A DNA stretch of 64,000 bases from Gekko japonicus (taxonomy: Eukaryota): contig NW_015167083.1 of assembly GCF_001447785.1 (NCBI RefSeq), positions 536,873 to 600,872 on the forward strand. Direction: 5' to 3'. The notes below the pieces were generated by a model, which did not search any database, was not told the origin of the DNA, and saw nothing but the letters and a program-made list of their open reading frames with translations. Positions 44,299 to 57,747 of this stretch are shown here, piece by piece; the first letter of the stretch is position 1, and each line of letters starts with the position of its first letter. A program made the position numbers and the translations under genes.

Positions 44299-47200
44299 TC
44301 CTATACACATAATTCCCTTACATATTGGCCATTTCCAGCTCTCCCATTGGCTATGCAGTATGCTTCATCAGCCATTGGCCCATCAACCACCACTCAAGAG
44401 TACTCATGTGTCATTGGCTGGGTGCTGGGTCCACTCTCCCCTGCCCACTGCCAGCCTGGACACTCACAGAATTAACTATCAAAACGGCTGTCTCTCCTGA
44501 CGAAGATACTTCTCCTGCTTGGCTCCTGTGGGACTAACTTTTCCCTCAGTGGCTGTTGCTAGGCAACCAAGCTTGGTTCTGTCAGTAAAAAGGCAAAGGA
44601 AGAAAACCCTTTCCAGGTCTTTGTAGGGAATTCATTGGGGCCAGTCCTGACTAGGGTTACCAGCTCCAGGTTGGGAAATTCCTGGATATTTTGTAATGAA
44701 GTCTACAGAAGCCAGAGTTTGGGGAGGGGAGAGGCCTCAGCTGAATAGAGCTCACTCCCCAAAGCAGTTATTTTCTCCAGGGTTCAGTTCAATTGTGATA
44801 CCCGGTGATCTTCAGGCTCCACCTGGAGGTTGGCTACCCTAGGCAGTTAGCACTTCAGAGCAGGGTTTGCTAGACCCAGGTTCTTGCTGTGGAAGTTAAG
44901 TGGGTGATTTTGGACCAGTCACAGACTTTCAGCCTAACATACCTCACAGGGTTGTTGTGCAGATCAAAAAGGGGAGAGGAGAATGATGTAAGCTGCTTTG
45001 GTCTCCACTGTTCCTCCTGGGGAACCATTGCTGCCAATCTCCAGGTGAGGGCTGGAGATCACTCAGAATTAAAACTACTCTCCAGATGGTAGAGATCAGT
45101 TTCCCTGGAGAAAACAGCTGCTTTGCAGGGTGGACTCTGAGTCATTATACCCTGCTAAGGTCACCTCCCTCCTGCTTGGGTCCCCACTGTGGAGAAAGAC
45201 TAGTTTTCCCACAGAGAGGCTGCAGTTATGGGAGGGGGGGGGGAGAGATGGAAAGCTGAAGTCAGAGGGGCAGATAAAGTTAGGTTAATGGTTGGCTGAG
45301 AAGGAGATACGGTTGCGACCTCCAGGTTGGGGAATTCATGGAGATTTGAGGGATGGAGCCTGGAGATGTTGGGGCTTGTGAAGGGGTGGGACCTCAGACA
45401 GGTACAATGTCATAGAGTCCACCCTCCAAACCAGCCATTTCCTTCTGGGGAACCATTGTTGCCAGTCTCCAGAGGAGGGCTGGAGATCACTCAGAATTAC
45501 AACTGCTATTCATATGGCAGAGATCAGTTTCCCTGGAGAAAATGGTAAGCTCTGTGTCATTATACCCTGCTGAGGTTGCCACAGCAAATTGACGCTGAGT
45601 GCCCAAAGCCACNNNNNNNNNNNNNNNNNNNNNNNNNNNNNNNNNNNNNNNNNNNNNNNNNNNNNNNNNNNNNNNNNNNNTTATTTATATCTTGCCCTCC
45701 CTGCCAGGCAGGTTCAGGGTGGCTTACAACATATATATAAATATATTAAAACACTGAGATACATTAAAACAGTAATCAAGTTAAAACAACCCATGTGCAA
45801 ACATGTGCTAGCAAACGTAATACTAATAAATGGTGGCAGTGTTGTCTCAGCATCTAGATAGTCAGATTACCACCCCAGTCTGAGTTCTTGCCAGGCTATA
45901 AGGTATTGAGTTGGCACTGATGTTAGGGAGCTGATGTTAGGGGGGCAGGGCCTCGATGTTAAGAGGGGGCCCCTAATCAAAGGCCTGGTGGAAGAGCTCT
46001 ATTTTACAGGCCCTGTGGAACTGTAAGAGGTCCCGCAGGGCCCTGATGTCACTCGGGAGCTCATTCCACCAGTAAGGTGGCACCACAGAAAAGGCCTTGG
46101 CCCTCGTCACTGCTACCTGGCTTCGTTAGGTCCTGGGAGGGCCAGACAATTTTGGGACCCGATCTTAGTGCTCTCTGGGGAACATGTGGGGAGAGGTGGT
46201 CCCTTAGGTAAGTAGGTCCCTGACCATATAGGGCTTTAAAGCTAAAAAACAGCACCTTGAACCGAATCCAGTATGCTATAGGCAGCCAGTGCAGTGCTTT
46301 TAGTGTGGGCTGGATGTTTTCTGCACAGGAAGACACAACAACAGCCTCGCTGCTGTATTCTGCACCACCTGCAGCGTCTTGATTTGGTACAAGGGTAGCC
46401 CCGTGTAGAGAGCATTGCAGTAATCCAGTCTCAAGGTGACCATTGCGTGGATCACTGTTTCCAGGTCATTGCATTCAAGGAAGGGAACCAACTGCTTAAT
46501 CAGCCGCAGATGGTAAAAGGCAGATTTCGCAGTGGCTGCTACCTGGGCCTCCATCGTTAAAGAGGCATCTAGGAGCACTCCTAACCTCCGACACAGGCAT
46601 GAATGGTTCCCGATCAAAGGTCAGGAGAGGGATCCCTAACCTTGGTCCACTCCGACTCAGGCATAGGACCTCTGTCTTCATTGGATTCAATTTCAGTCGA
46701 CTCAGTTTAAGCAAACCAGCCACAGCTTTCAACGCCAGGTCCAGATCTCCTGGACTAGAGTCTGACTGGCTGTCCAACAACAGATAGAGCTGTGTGTCAT
46801 CCACATATTGGTGACAACCCAGTCCATGCCTCTGTGCAAGGGGGCACATGTAGAATAGCATCGGGGAAAGCACTGCTCCTTGGGGCACTCCACAAATTAG
46901 TGGGTGCCTTCCAGATAGCTGCTCCCCCACTGCCACCCTTTGTCCCTGACCCTGAAGGAACGAGGAGAGCCATTGCAAGGCAAACCACTGAATCCCGGTG
47001 CCGGCAAGGCAGTGAATCAGTAGTTGATGGTCGACCACTTTGAACGCTGCCGACAGGTCTAACAATAACAACACTGCCATACTACCTTGATCCAGGTGCC
47101 TCTGGAGGCTGTCTGTGAGGGCGACCAGGACCATCTCTGTCCCATGGCCTGGTCAGAAACTGGACTGGAAGGGATCTAATATGGAGGTGTCATCAAAAAA

Positions 47201-47482
47201 CCCTGCAACTGAATCATCACTGCTCTCTCGATCAGTTTCCCCAAATTGGGAAAATTGGATACTGGCTGGTAGTTAGCTAATTCAGCTAGATCCAGGGATG
47301 TTTTTTTTTTTAGGAGAGGGTGGACCACTGCCTCCTTTAGTGCACTAGAGGACAGTCCCACCATGAGGAATTTATTGATGATCTCCCTTAGTGCACCTCG
47401 CAACCCATTATGACCTGCTTTAATTATCCATGATGGGCACAGATCAAGGCCCATTTATTTCCACAATGGGCCTTATTCCTAG
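44299..47482 (+). mobile_element. Non-autonomous Helitron H3 with captured MITE/SINE fragments, interrupted by L2
   Basis: A|TC at 44299; 45240-45612 is the reverse complement of H1 25175-25545; 3' hairpin and CTAG|T at 47482. Confidence 0.7.
45681..47455 (-). mobile_element. L2 LINE, 5'-truncated, RT pseudogene
   Basis: LDLCPSW, LKEAVVHPLLKK, NYQPVSN, GVPQGAVLSP, HQYVDDTQLY, LDYCNAL, LHWLPI; tail next to the gap. Confidence 0.93.
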
Positions 47483-49486
47483 TAATAATATAAAATACAT
47501 AACCAACACAGTGTAATAGTGAGAGAGATCTAATAAGTAATTCCATAGGACTAGGATTACAAAAATTAGAAATACTACAAAAATATTAGACAAGATATAT
47601 CAAGCCATGCAGAAAATGGAACTACAAAAGCAGAAAACAATGCAGTAAGAGCAGGATAACACACACATCAAGGAGATAGTATACAGCACACACAGTGGCA
47701 TAGACTGTAGTCCTTTTCAGCCTTTCAGTTTTACAGTGCAATTCAATGAAGAATTATTCCATTCCAGACGTATTTATTCCAATTAACTTGGGCTGGACTA
47801 ACTCTGAATAAGATTGCACCTAAGCATAGTTATACCCTTTTATACCCCTTGAAGTGAATGCTTTGGATGGCACTCTTTGTTTACTAATTTTTACTAATGT
47901 TCCAAGACTGAATTATTCCTTTCCTCATATCTTTCTGTGTGCAACAAAGCACACTTTTTTCTGTTTAAGTTCTTCAATATAGTTTCTTGAGTCCAATATT
48001 TCTAAATTGCCATGAAAAACCTTTTAAGATAGTGCTTGGGAATTTAGCCTTTCTTTTGGAAAATATAATATCAAGGGTTTTGTTTGTTTGTTTGTTTTTA
48101 AAAAATGAGTATTAACACCAAGAGTGCTTATTAATGTTATGTTCCCGTTTCTAACAGACCTTTTCTCAGTTGGAATCCTTCCCTGGTACTAGTCCCAGCC
48201 ACAGTATAACAAACTATTAAAACAAAAGATGAAATTCAGAGCTATTGAAACCAACAATAGGCTTGCCACTGATGTTAATGACACATGTCTGGCACTTAAA
48301 GTGCTCATAAATTAATTACATCCACTCATGTTTCTGTCTTATATTATCCAAACAAATTACTTTGGCATATTTGGTGTAAATCCGTGGTGTACATATTTAA
48401 AATGTATATGCTACCACCACTGAACTAATTACTGTGAGCAGATTATTAGAGCATACTGAGTAAGCTGTGAACTGAGAGGTTCCTGATTCAACAGTGACTT
48501 CTGTTACATAGTGACAACATAGCCTAAGGCAAGATACTGTTTCTTAGCTCCCCATGTGCATCATGGAGAAAACAGAGGCACAGTCCTACCTTACAGGATA
48601 CAAGATAATGTATGTGAAACATTTTGAATAATAAAGCACTATATAAATGCAAAGTGTTGTTATTATCCTTGAAAGTGAGGGATTGTTTCTAGATCTATAC
48701 AGTGTTTAGTGTTAACTGAATACATTACAACATATTTTGCTTTTTGGAAATAAATTGCATTTTTAAAAAGTTTTAGTGATGTTGATGGGAAGTTCCATAT
48801 TAATTATAATCTTACCTAACATGCTTATGTAGACCAGGTAGTTTAGGAGTTACCAATAACTTGCTGGCTCACTGAAGAGTAGCTCATTCATCCTCTAAAG
48901 GACCCAGGAAGTGTCACCCCCCAAAAAAAATCTGTTCTAGGTTTTTATTTTGTTTTTAAAAAACCTTTATGTCATAGGATTTATTTATTTATTTTTTTGG
49001 CTGCATAGCTTATAGCTTCATTTCTGGTGCTCTTCCTAGTTCATGTTCCATTTCTGGGATCCAACAAAATTGGTACATGCTGGGGGGGGGCAGATTTGGG
49101 GGTGGATCCTGGGGAGGGTGGAAATGGGAAGAACATCAGAAAGGTGTAATGCCCATCCTCCAAAACTGACATTTCCTCAGGGAAACTGATCTCAGTGGTC
49201 TGGAGATCAGCTGTATTTCTGGGAGATCTCAAGGCCCGACCTGAAGGTTGGCAACCTTACCTTCGGACAATTGTGGTCTCTCAGGTTGACCCATCTGTGA
49301 AGATAGGAAAGAAAGAAGTCCAAGTTTCCTGCACTAAGTAGTGAATTGACCTCTAGAATAATCATATGCAGTCTGAACTTGTATTCTTGTTTTTCTCGTC
49401 ATGCAGACAGAAAAGTATAATGACTAGGAACTCTATCCTGCAAACCTGGAAACAGAAAGCTGATCTTTCCCACTCCCCCCTCTACA

Positions 49487-49770
49487 CCAGTCTGGTGTAG
49501 TGGTTAAGTGCGCAAACTCTAATCTGGGAGAACCGGGTTTGATTCCCCACTCCTCCACTCGCAGCTGCTGGATGACCTTGGGCAAGCCATAACTCTGGCA
49601 CAGCTGTTCTTGAAAAAGAGCAGTTTCTGTCAAGAGTTCTCTCAGCCCCACCTACCCCACAGGGTGTCAGTTGTGGGGAGGGGAAGGGAAAGGAGTTTGT
49701 AAGCCGCTCTGAGACACCTTTGGGTAGTGAAGGGCAGGGCATAAATCCAATCTCTTCTTCTTCTTCTTCT
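49487..49770 (+). mobile_element. Squam3-like SINE, full length
   Basis: A/B boxes, CORE, L2 tail, (ctt)n end. Confidence 0.88.
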
Positions 49771-52736
49771 CCATGCTATCAACTGACTCAGGACCTACCT
49801 GCTAAATTGTTTCAGTGCAGGTTGAAGAGATATGCACAGTGTGCTCCATGCAGCTGCAGTGTTCTGGATCCAATGAAAGTGGAGGCCGTTATGTTATACA
49901 TAATTTAATAAGTTTCGCACTATGTTGATTTTTAATAAATTTGTGACATTGTTTTAGTTTTTAGTTCTTAACAGTCCTGCAAGAAGAAATGAATCGGCAG
50001 AGAGACAATTAAGCAACTGGTATGAACGATAAGTACTGTACATCCTCTGGAAAGATTACTCCCACTCATTAGGGTTTCCCCCCCCCCATTAAGTGATACA
50101 ATCAGAGTCCCTTGTTCCACTCCCCTCTTCTTGTTTTATACGAGAATATCTGCTTATGGCTTGAATTCTATGTGTAATTTTACAGAGCTCCTGCATACAC
50201 TACTGCTGCTGTTCCTCGTCCTCTTCTTCTTTTTCTTCTTCTTGAAAAGTGTGTGACAAATGTGGTTTAAAAAACAAAAATCAAAAAAGAGTGTGGCTTC
50301 ATCATTCAGGTGCTATAGGACAGACTATATTTTTAACAGCAAAATGTGCAAGTACTACCGATAAAATGAAATTAAGGACATATCTTTAAAACACATTCTA
50401 CAACATGAGGAAACATTTGAGGCTTCCCAACCTGCCCTGAAATAGGTCTGAACAACATCACTTCCCGCTTTGTTTATCCTAGCCTACACAGCAATTCTAA
50501 GCTTAGAAGAGCTATGCCTACCCCCCCCCCCATGCCATGCAGCAATTAAGGATTCTGCTAATGGTGCAGAGATGAACCAGCCCACAATGGTGTATACAAA
50601 CCAATGTGGCAGTGGCTTGGAAATATTTCCCCTACATCATTAGGCACTTGCCAGTTACTGCAAACAACCCATACTTTCCCTGTCATTTTGTCAAGGCCTG
50701 CATTGTTTGGTCCTAAACCATCCCTGGAGACCAGGTCTAATAAATATGAAGACACCCAAATCCCTGACAACACTATCAAGCAGGCAAAAAAGGTCCCATT
50801 ACAAAGGAATTCCAAAAATGTCTTGCTCAGTTCCAAACAGAGACTTGATCATCCTGTGTTGTTTCTCAAGTTTGAGACAGTGGGGGCAGTAGCTGTAGCT
50901 TGTCAACTTGCCATTGGTCCAGCTCTGTCCTAGTGAGCTCCCCTTCCTCTGACAGGTAGGGACCAAACTTATTATAGAGTAACTAAATACAGTGCAGTAG
51001 GGAACCATATATAGTGTTTAATATTATGTGATCTGGGGTCAGCACTCACTTTTTGTTATGAGTAGGATGAGGAACCAGCTCACGAACTAAAGTTTGTGAC
51101 GTATTTTGGCCAGTCTGTGGTTTGTGAACTGAAGTTCACAGCAGATCAACCAGCACAAACTTTCCACGGACTTTCAAATGGTTCATGGTGGTTTGTGAAT
51201 GGATATATTTCCAGATGGACTGTCTCCACTCAATCAAAATTTTAACCAAGCTTCAAAGCAATGGGTTTTTGCTGTTGTTGGTGGTGGTTTTTTGCAATTC
51301 TCCAGTCTTGGAAACACCAAAGCTTAACAGGAACTGATGGCTGCCAATAATATGATTCCCATTCTGCTCTATGGGATCAGAATGCTATATATTCCCTCAG
51401 CTCAGTTTTGCACTCTCTGTTGGGTGTCGGCAGTTAAACAGAGAGGCAGGGAACTTGTTAAAAGCAGAGCACATTCAATTTTTTAAATTCCTGACTGTGA
51501 ACACCTCTCACCTAGTGGAGTTTTGGTTTTAGGTAAACTCAGGGCTCTGAGCCATCCCATCTCTTTACTCATGCCGAGAAGAGGAGCTTAGCTACTGGGT
51601 GACTTGGCTGAGGATCCACATTTTATACCCTCCCAACCCTCCTGATTGTGAACACCTTTCTCTTGGTGGGGTTTGGGTGTTAGGTAGAATCAGGGCACTA
51701 AGCAACCCTGTTTCTCTACTCATCCTGAGCAGAGAGGCTTAGCTACTGGGTGCCTTGGCTGAGGGTCCACATTTATACCCTCCCATCCCCTTTGTTGTGA
51801 ACCCCTCTGTGTGCCATGAGGGTTTCACCTTAGGCACTCGGGTGGGAGGATGGCTGCCTCTGCCAGGTGGTGGTTGGCTTGCCCCCCCCCCAACCTTTTC
51901 TCACTGAAATACCCTGGGTCAACCTCCTCTAGACTTCATGGCAAGAGACAGATAGCTGGATAGTCATTCCCACACTGACTTTCCTGTGTTTTCTCTCCTG
52001 TACCTCACTATCCCTTTGATTTGTAGAATGGAGATCTCAGGGAAAAATACTTCCTTGCTTCCTTTCACCTGTCCCACACCTGCCTCCTCCATTAGCTAGT
52101 ACTCCTTTATCCTATCTCTCATCTTTCCTATCCACATTGTAGTTCTCACAATAAAGAGATGTGTATTAGTCTGTTAAACTTAAAACATGGCTCTGTGTAC
52201 CTTTTTGGCCCTCCAAGCCTACCTACCTGGGTTGGATCCTCCCCAGCTACTTCCTCCCTTCCAAGCCACTGAACTCAGTGCTATTGTGGGACATGATGCC
52301 AGCTCTACAAGACTGAGTATCCCCTTTACCCCTTGTCAAGTAGTCCCAAGAAGGATTGCTTGTCTTGTCAATGGTCCACTGGGCAGTGTGGATGGGCGAT
52401 CCCAGGATTGCCTACCTGAGGGATGTTCTAACTCTTTAGCGTGACCCAGGGTGCACCACGGGGAGGCGAGCTAGAGTTGCACCCCCCAAAAAAGACTCAA
52501 AATCTGGGTAGTGGTAGTTTGTGAGACTGCTGCCCAGTCAGTCCACAAGCATACCCTTACCCATGAGTCAAGCCAGGGAAGGAAGGCCTCAGAAAGAGAG
52601 AGGGAGGGGTGTTGCTGTTTGTTCACCCTGATCCTCCTCTCTCTGCAGCAACGCACCAGCTGTCATTGTCCCATTTGAGGAACCTTAGCCTAGGTGTGGC
52701 TGCCCCTCTCATCATGGGCCCTCCCCCACCCACCAC

Positions 52737-52954
52737 CACTGTTCCCTCTAAGCTTAGCTGAGTTGGTGTGAGCTAGCTCACAGGTTCTTAGCCTCTGGCT
52801 CACACATTTTTGTCTTAGCTCAGGAATGATGGTTCCAGAGAAAACCAATTAATGCAGTAGCCAAATCACCTGCCTGCACACAACAACGTTAATGCCTGTA
52901 GCTCACAAAGTACAATTCTTACTCACAGGACTGCATAGCTTAGAGGGAGTATTG
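52737..52954. mobile_element. hAT MITE, same family as 22558
   Basis: cactgttccctctaagct / agcttagagggagtattg termini; body aligns with 22558-22764. Confidence 0.8.
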
Positions 52955-54171
52955 TCCAATGCCCACCCACCCCTGCAAAAACAATTGTCAATTTCTGTGG
53001 CACTCCTGTCCTGTGGGTTTTTCTGGTTTTTGAATTGTATATTCTACTAGCTTGAGTGAAAACTGTTTTTGCAGCATTCAGTGTTTTGTGGGGGATGGAT
53101 GGTACAACTTGGCAGTTTGGGTAATTATTAATATGGGCACTAGAACTTTTGGCAGCATTCTCTTCTGTATTCATCCAGAGGTCTGGGAGTAATATTTTAA
53201 AAACCTGTTCACTACTCTGAGTGAACTTCTTACTTCTGAGATACTTGAACCTGACAGCCCTCTTCTTTACTGGCCTGAGGCGACTCCTTCTCAAGTTGAT
53301 CTACTGCTTTCATTCAGGGAAGGCCCCTGGAGCAGACCTTATCCCAACGAATTATTCAACTTAAATCCATCTTGGTGGGCAGAGATCCTAGGTCGGCTGT
53401 TTTTGCAAATAAACAAGTCTTTGGAGGTGTACAATAATAGTTCTGATCTTCAAGAAGGGTCAATGCTCGGGCTCAAGCTACTATCAAACTATACTCTTTG
53501 TATTTGCTGGATGCCTTGATTGGCTTGAACAGGGTGATATTCTGGGCCGGGAGCATATAGGATTCAGGAGGAGTAGTTCAGCCTTGGACCATTGTCTACT
53601 TCTATATACTGATAGAAAAATACACTAGTTTTCCAAAAGGCACCCTTTACATAGGATTTATTGATCTGAAAGGGGCTTTTGATACCATCCCTAGAACAAA
53701 ACTCTGGGAAAAGCTGCAACATACTACAATTGATAAAAAGGCTGCTATGGCTCATGCAGCAGCTTCATGCAGACCTTACAGCTCAGTCCCGCTGTGGCTA
53801 TGATGGTGAGCTGACTGAGCCATTTATAACCTCAATAAAGGGGTTAGGTAGAGCTGCCTTTTGCCCCTTTTTTGGTTCAACCTGTATATGAATGATCTTT
53901 TGACATTCTTTAATGAGTTTTGTCATCCACCCCATTTCGCCAACTGCAATATTTCAGTTCTACTTTACGCTTGATGACACTGCTCTGCTGTCTCAGACAA
54001 GAGTTGGTTTGCAGAGATCACTAATTTTTTTCTTGGAATATTGTATTAAGGATGGACTGAAAACAAATAACCAGAAAACTAAAGTAGTTGTTTTCTCCAA
54101 AAAAGGAATTCTTCAGTGTTCATATGGACTCCGAATGGGGAAGAACTTCAGCAAATGAAAAAGTTTTCATA

Positions 54172-54703
54172 GGCCCCGGTCACACGGGAGGTTTTGCCCC
54201 GGAAGAGTGACGGGTCAGGGGTGCATCAAACGGGCGCAATCACACCGCAACATCTGAGAAGCGGAGCACACCCGTCCCCGATCTGTCCTTTCCGGGGGGA
54301 AACGCGCATTAAAAAACACCAAGAAAAGAGTACTATCTACCTGAAGCTCCGAAGCAAGGGCGGCCGTGGGATCACTGGCACACCCATCTTCCACAGCATT
54401 TGAGGCTCCCGGCCAATCTGCACATGCACAGCTGGCTACCTCGCTCTCCGTCCCGTGGCTCCCCTCCCGGCATCTGATCATGCTGGGGCGTCCGGATCAA
54501 TCCAGGCTCCCCGCCGATCTGCACATGCGCAGCTGGCTACCTCGCTCTCCGTCCCGTGGCTTCCCCGCCCCTGGTGATCATGCCGGGGAGCAACTGGGCA
54601 GTGCTCAGGGGATCTGTCTGATCCCGCTGCCGTGTGTCTCTTTCAGTGTGAATCTAAAAAGTCGCACTTTGGCCGCGTCAATTTCCCCCGTGTGACCAGG
54701 GCC
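54172..54703. mobile_element. PIF/Harbinger-like MITE, copy 3
   Basis: TIR ggccccggtcacacggg / cccgtgtgaccagggcc; shares gcgcaatcacaccgcaacatctg with copy 1; internal ~98-bp tandem duplication. Confidence 0.8.
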
Positions 54704-54766
54704 TTGGTTTCTTTATGCAAAACTGGACCTTTTGCTTTGTTGTGAAGATAAAATGGAGAAGGGGAG

Positions 54767-54895
54767 AAGAGCCAGTTTGGTGTAGTGGTCAAGTGCACGG
54801 ACTCTAATCTGGGAGAACCAGGTTTGATTCCCCACTCCTCCACTTGCACCTGGCTGGATGACCTTGGGCAAGCCATAGTTCTGATAAGGCCATAA
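54767..54895 (+). mobile_element. Squam3-like SINE 5' half
   Basis: agagccagtttggtgtagtggtcaag...ggtttgattcccc. Confidence 0.8.
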
Positions 54896-56849
54896 GGATT
54901 GTCGTTGTAAATGAAAACATTAACCATGTTCTTTTATATTTCCAGCTAAAATTATTAAACATTCCTCACTGTGCAGCCGGTGTGGCTCTCCATTCAGAAC
55001 TGGGCCAACCTTCCATTGAGGCAAGGACTTGATTACAAGTGTTTAGACTGTTCATCAAGTCATACTTGAGAAGCAAGGGTTACCTAGCACTCCTGAAAGA
55101 GGTCTCTTATAGGTCAATGTAGTTTAAGATTATCTTTGAGAAATTGCTGGCTCTTGATGTTAACCTAGACACTATCCAGGCCCTGGCCTTTCATGCAGCA
55201 TTTCCTTTGGTGAGAAACTGGTGGCAAGGTAAGATTCCCTGTGTGTTTGGTGTGTGTAGCTTGGAGGAGATCCATTCTATACACTTTTGAACGTGTGCCT
55301 GACATTTCCCCCAAAAGCACTTTTATGGGACATCTTCTTTCGGGTGCCATAGCTTGGACCCCCTAAATCCAAACTGCACATAACTTGGAGGGTGTAGAGA
55401 GGAGCATCAGTGAGAGGTTCTCTGCATGGGTGATATCCCTAGCTTGGACAGGATCCATTCTATACTCTCCTGAACCTGCACCTGTCATTTCCTCAGAAAG
55501 CACTTTCCTGAGGTCACCTTCTTTGGAGGGGATTGTAACCCCGTAAATCCAGTCCCCACTGAACCTGGAGGGCAGGTAGAGGAGAGTCATCTGGAGATCC
55601 ACTGCAAGTTTGGTGTTTCTAGCATGCCAAGTTTGTGCCCATCCCTAATTATCACATGCTGATGTTTTTCTTCTCTGAAATGTTTCTACTTTGAAAATAG
55701 TGTTTCAGAAACCTCAAAACTTGTTTTATCAGAGATGATAGTGGGACTTGTACTGAACACTGCTGTCATTTACTTCTTGAGCCTTGAGAGGGTTGATGCC
55801 ATATTGTCATAGGAATTAGCCACATGTGGTCCAAGATTTTTCATGTTACCCTACCAGCAGTGATCTGATGTGGCTTCCATGCTGCTGTAGTACCTATTCC
55901 TAGTGGAGTCTGGGAAACAGAATATCTTGGAGTTTTGATAAGGTGACTGTGTTGCGATGAACTGATTCTTCAGAGATTAGTTTTGTATTTCTTCTGCCAC
56001 AATTACTGAGGACCAAACTAGACACAACATTGTGAATGGTTTTCAGGTGATTATGGCTTGGGGAAAGGTATTTAAACTTTTTGCCACAAAATTTTCTTGA
56101 GCTCAATCCCTCCCCCCCATGCTTTTATCTATTCTGTGGGTGTCTTATGGCTCCTCATGGATGAAATCAGAGCTCTGGAGCAGCAACTGAGATTCAGAAA
56201 TATGTCTCCTCCTATTTATGCTTTAAAAATCCACAGGAGATCTAATTTGACCCTCAGTACAGGAAGTCCTTGAGATCAGAAATATGTTACACATAACTAT
56301 TTATTATTCTACATTTTATTCACCCATGCTTGCACATCCAGTATCTGTTCCATCACTTGTTCTTTTCTCTGGTTATGCTCTATGCTATTTGTAGTAGAAC
56401 TCATAGAAGCAAATCCTGTTGCTAGGTCTCTAGAGCGTTCTGTTTCTTTTCAGGATGTTTCTTTCCAGCAGATTGCATGAGAGTACAAAGATAATACAAC
56501 TGGAGGTGAAATTACTCTTTTTATTAGACTTTCTGGGTAGTGTTTTTGGAACTATTTTGGGTTACAGAAACATTTTTGTTGTGCAGCTGCTCTTTGTTTC
56601 CTGTACACAGATATTTTGAGGCTTCACTGATCCACTGGAAAACTGTTTGTAGAACTTATCTGAACATCTGCTGAGAAATGAATTAAGTAGCCTTTTGACC
56701 TATTTGGTAGCCTTATTTCTGTGTCCTTAAAATTATAGTTGGGCCAAAGGCCAAGGAGAACAGGTCTCCTGTATCTTAAACAGTTAGGTAGAAGAGGCCA
56801 TTTTGGACAGAGCTGTCATGCAGACAGTTGAGAGAGTGATACATCTCCT

Positions 56850-57243
56850 CAGGGGCCATTTCCTGCAGGAGCGCACAGGAACGGAGCTCCAGCAGTAAAG
56901 AGCCCAGGGGGCGGGCACTTGGAACAAGCCCCACCCCCTGCTCCCAGCAGCCCTCAGAGCAAGAAGCAGCCAGGTAAGTTGCAGAGCCCCCCCCCGGCCC
57001 CCCAATCCAAAACAGTCCAGTGGCACCTTTAAGACCAAGTGTTATTCAGGTACAAGCTTTCCCTCCTTTGCGAGGACAGATCTGCACGTTCCCCCCCCCC
57101 AATAGCTAGCAATCCAAAACAGTCCAGTGGAGCCTTCTGACACACTTCTGGTGATGTCAGGGTGTGTGGCATATGCAAATAAGTTATGCTAATGAGTTAT
57201 GCTAATGAGCCCCTGCACCTTGTTTTCTATGAAATGACCCCTG
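56850..57243. mobile_element. hAT MITE
   Basis: TIR caggggccatttc / gaaatgacccctg; perfect 8-bp TSD catctcct. Confidence 0.88.
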
Positions 57244-57288
57244 CATCTCCTGCACCTTTTAATAACAATTTTAGTACATAATGTCTAT

Positions 57289-57747
57289 TAAGGATAGGCA
57301 CAGAGCAGGAAAGCCCAGTTCGGGGCTTGAACTGAACCCCTGAGCAAAAAACATACCCAAACTGAACTGGTTTGGGTGGCATTGGGCCCTCACCTCTGGT
57401 GCACCTACATAATCTGGAAGTGGCATGAGCATGTTGCCCCCAACATGGTTGCATCACTTCTGGGTAGCATTAGGTCCTGCCACTGGTGCACCTACATCAC
57501 CTGGAAGTGACATGAGTGTGTTGGGCAGCATGCTTGTGTCACTTGCAGGTGATGTGGGTACACTGGGGCAGGGGCCTGACGCCACCCAGAAGTGACACAA
57601 CCACATTGGAGAGCTGAACCCCAAACCGAGCAGAAGCTTAGTGAGTATTCAGGGGAAGGTGCTGTTCATGAACCAAGGTTCACAAGCCTAAACTGGGGAA
57701 AGTTCAGTCTGGACTTTAGCTTAGGTTCGGATCTGTGCCCATCCCTA
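57289..57747. mobile_element. hAT (Ac-like) MITE
   Basis: TIR taaggataggcacaga / tctgtgcccatcccta; perfect 8-bp TSD atgtctat. Confidence 0.88.

Larger units (their letters stand above)
53200..55160 (+). mobile_element. Heavily decayed non-LTR RT remnant (RTE-X-like), interrupted by a MITE and a SINE
   Basis: Fragments GKAPGADLIP.ELF, FIDLKGAF, KLWEKL, DDTALLSQTRVGLQRSL, QKTKVVVF across several frames. Confidence 0.65.

Noticed and set aside
51062-55647. One large Ac-like hAT element enclosing the RTE-X relic
   Set aside because: Right TIR gtgcccatcccta is clear, but the left TIR is degenerate and no TSD is found, so the ends cannot be linked.
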